Assembly: GCA_029838195.1 (NCBI GenBank)
Contig: JALGVJ010000012.1
Coordinates: 1 to 64,000 of the forward strand
Direction: 5' to 3'
DNA from: Promethearchaeota archaeon
GTDB lineage: Archaea > Asgardarchaeota > Lokiarchaeia > Sigyniarchaeales > SOKP01
DNA: 64,000 nt
Shown: positions 61,546 through 64,000 of the stretch, piece after piece
Numbering within the stretch: the first letter of the stretch is position 1
Layout of the letters: every line of letters starts with the position of its first letter
Notes under the pieces: generated by a model
Database searches by the model: none
What the model was told of the DNA's origin: nothing
What the model saw: the letters and a program-made list of their open reading frames with translations, nothing else
Position numbers and translations under genes: made by a program

Positions 61546-61822
61546 TTCACATGTTATCTCTTGCTTTTTGCTCCTTATTTTTAGCCTCATAATTCTCATA
61601 ACGCCTCAATCTTTTTTTTATACAAAAATTTTATATAAAAGAGAGAAAGAGAGAAATTTCACTTGAAATGAAAGGATAAGAAGGTTTTTTTGATAATTTC
61701 ATTAGGAATTAGATTTCTATATCTTAATTCCTTAAATTATTTCCCTAAATCGTGGTAAACTTTAACTTTCATGCCGTGCTTTAAGATTTAGTAGCACGCT
61801 TAAAACATGTAATAAAATTTCC

Positions 61823-63064
61823 ATGGAAAAATCAGTGATGATCTCGAAATGGCCCTTTTGGCCCGTGCTTTTATTAGCCATTATCTATCCTATAAATGGT
61901 GCGCTAATAAATCTCGCCATCCCTCTTTATTTCTTTAACCAAGGCGTAGATGTGAGAATTATCGGTTTATTAAGTTCAGGCATGGCAATAACGTATTGCT
62001 TTTCCCCCATGGCCGTTAATAAATTTTCAAATAAAATAGGTCGCAAGTATAGCATCATATTAGCGTGTGCCGGAGGATTTCTTGCCCAATTGACCTATTA
62101 CTTCACGCTGCATCCTTTCGTTTTTTTTTTCTCTCGGGTTTTTGAAGGATTCATCATGGGCTTTTATTGGTCAAGCTTGCAATCGAGCATATCGGACTCA
62201 GGGCTTGAAAAAATTGACACGCTCATATCCCGCTATAATTTCTCTTGGAACTTTGGCATTCTCTCCGGATTCCTGATTGGGTTCATCCTATTATTTTCAT
62301 TAAATGAACTCCTTTTTATTTTTTATATTAGCCCCCTCTTCCTTCTTCTAATGATTCTCATCAGTACTTGCTTTTTTAAAGAACCCCCTAAATTTAATTC
62401 TGTCAATTCCCTTTCGCTTGCGTCTCATTCTCCCGCCATTCCATCATCTTTTCAAACTTTAAACTCGAAGAATGAGGAAAATCACCTTTCTCTAAATACG
62501 GAGCAATTTCATGTCCCTATTGCCATTCCCATCTATTTCATCGTTTTTTTTGCCTTGAGCGCTACAGGAATTAATTTCCTATACCCTTTAAAATCGGAAA
62601 TCTTAGGTTTCCCCGCTTATACAACTTATCTATTGGCTTTTTTGGCACTAATCATGCAAACCACGGTTGCTTTCTTATCCACCAAGGTATCCCTCTCAAT
62701 ACTGATGAAATGGTCGTTGCCTTCCATTTTGATCATGTTAATCGTAGAAATCTTGTTTGGCATTACCAGCTCATTTCTAATTTTTATCTTCCTTTTTCTG
62801 TTCATCGGCTCCCTCAACGGCTTTTTCTACAGCATTGCTCTAAAGATATTCATTTTCTTAAACATCTTGAAAAATACCTCCAAGTATTCCGGTATCGCTG
62901 AAAGTGCAAATGGAATCTCATTCTTCTTTTCAACCAACTTTTTAAGCTTGATAGCAGCGATTTCCTTGAATTATAGCTTTTTTTTCTTATCAATGATCCT
63001 TGGAATCTTCTTGATCATCCATTTAATCCTCATGAAAAAAATAATCATTCCAAAAACATTTTAA
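61823..63064 (+). CDS. MFS transporter
   Basis: About 12 TM helices, motif A-like KFSNKIGRK and SRVFEG. Confidence 0.85.
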   Translation: MEKSVMISKWPFWPVLLLAIIYPINGALINLAIPLYFFNQGVDVRIIGLLSSGMAITYCFSPMAVNKFSNKIGRKYSIILACAGGFLAQLTYYFTLHPFVFFFSRVFEGFIMGFYWSSLQSSISDSGLEKIDTLISRYNFSWNFGILSGFLIGFILLFSLNELLFIFYISPLFLLLMILISTCFFKEPPKFNSVNSLSLASHSPAIPSSFQTLNSKNEENHLSLNTEQFHVPIAIPIYFIVFFALSATGINFLYPLKSEILGFPAYTTYLLAFLALIMQTTVAFLSTKVSLSILMKWSLPSILIMLIVEILFGITSSFLIFIFLFLFIGSLNGFFYSIALKIFIFLNILKNTSKYSGIAESANGISFFFSTNFLSLIAAISLNYSFFFLSMILGIFLIIHLILMKKIIIPKTF

Positions 63065-63321
63065 ATATTATTCGCTCAAATTAAAAAAAAACAAAAACGC
63101 AGCAATCTCATCGAAATTTCATTTCCTTGAAACATATATCAGAAAAAACTCAAATTTAAAAAATAATCTAAATAATACTCTTGAAATATATTTAAAAAAA
63201 TCTTTTAGTGATTTCCGAAAAATTTCTCTCTTATCAAAGTAATAAAATTACTCCAAACATAATTATTTAAAATAGTGAAAATAAAATTACACTTTTATTA
63301 TTTAAATCGAAAAAAATTTTA

Positions 63322-63963
63322 CTATTTTTTTAATTCCCTTAACGTCATTTCAGCATTAGAACGATCCTCACCAGATAATTGTCCTAAATGAAATTTAATC
63401 TCGTCTCCATTTAAAAACATAATATCTTCAAATGCCAGTCTGCTGAAAAATCTAGTAATTTTATCAATTAATACTTTCAATGCGGGTTCCTTTAGCCGGC
63501 AAACATAAAAATATTGAATATTATTTTGAAAAAATTCATATGGAATTAAAAAAAGGCTTTTAAAATCTAATAATTTTGGTTTTTTAAAAAATTCAATTTG
63601 TTCCATCGGAGGAAAATAGTAAAACCTTGTTTCATCTCTAATGATATTTCTTATTCCCTTTACTCTCTTTTTAATATTATTAACAGAGAGTTTATTTTCA
63701 GGAAGATCTGTCAATTCCGCAAATAAAATTGAATAACCTTGTCGAATATCGCAAGATTGTGACAATATGACGCCATGAGCAAGAATAGGTTTTATTTTAA
63801 AATCTCCTTTTTCAGGTATTTCATTAATTTGAATGTTTTCTAACCAATAATTCTTAATATCATCGAAATTAACTTGATTAGGAGTTATTTTGGGAATATT
63901 TTGTAAAACATCTCCTTGTTGAGAAGGCCTTTCGGTACATTCGTGTCGTAAATCATATGTTAT
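63322..63963 (-). CDS. Hypothetical protein of the QGD...SQSCD type (possibly PemK/MazF-like fold); reading frame extends 66 codons upstream of the called TTG
   Basis: The open frame from ATA at 63963 reads ITYDLRHECTERPSQQGDVLQNIP...HGVILSQSCDI...RFYYFPP..LDF..RL..RFFSR. Confidence 0.5.
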   Translation of the reverse strand: MTYDLRHECTERPSQQGDVLQNIPKITPNQVNFDDIKNYWLENIQINEIPEKGDFKIKPILAHGVILSQSCDIRQGYSILFAELTDLPENKLSVNNIKKRVKGIRNIIRDETRFYYFPPMEQIEFFKKPKLLDFKSLFLIPYEFFQNNIQYFYVCRLKEPALKVLIDKITRFFSRLAFEDIMFLNGDEIKFHLGQLSGEDRSNAEMTLRELKK

Positions 63964-64000
63964 TCAAAAAAAAACGCATGGTTTTTAAAAATTAATCATT

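Noticed and set aside
1-64000. tRNA or rRNA genes
   Set aside because: No GC-rich cloverleaf or rRNA-like segments were seen in any intergenic region.

Overview
AT-rich archaeal chromosomal window, most consistent with an Asgard archaeon of the Lokiarchaeia type. This assignment is inferred from longin/uDENN-like proteins, a divergent small GTPase, three 7TM paralogues, PAS histidine kinases, archaeal aIF1 and ThyA, BRE/TATA promoters and oligo-T terminators. I found about 50 CDS and no rRNA, tRNA or CRISPR array. Main findings: (1) a tight four-gene operon at 25771-31744 encoding a catalytically dead AAA+-like protein, an Smc5/6-like SMC, a kleisin and a single kite protein; (2) an aIF1/SUI1 gene whose conserved N-terminal CxxC can only be made from a non-AUG (probably AUU) start, suggesting infC/eIF1-style autoregulation; (3) an Hsp20 5' leader that folds over its Shine-Dalgarno like an RNA thermometer; (4) a Cwh43/PGAP2IP-like membrane EEP protein next to a DGGGP-synthase pseudoenzyme; (5) a small GTPase lacking the G3 Asp, coupled to a possible roadblock-like partner; (6) a roughly 200-bp non-autonomous IS200/IS605 relic retaining an omegaRNA-like tnpB 3' end; and (7) several decaying genes: MutY, a Nudix hydrolase, a PAS kinase, a U32 peptidase and an unannotated UvrA relic. 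All family calls come from motif recognition by eye; no searches were run.
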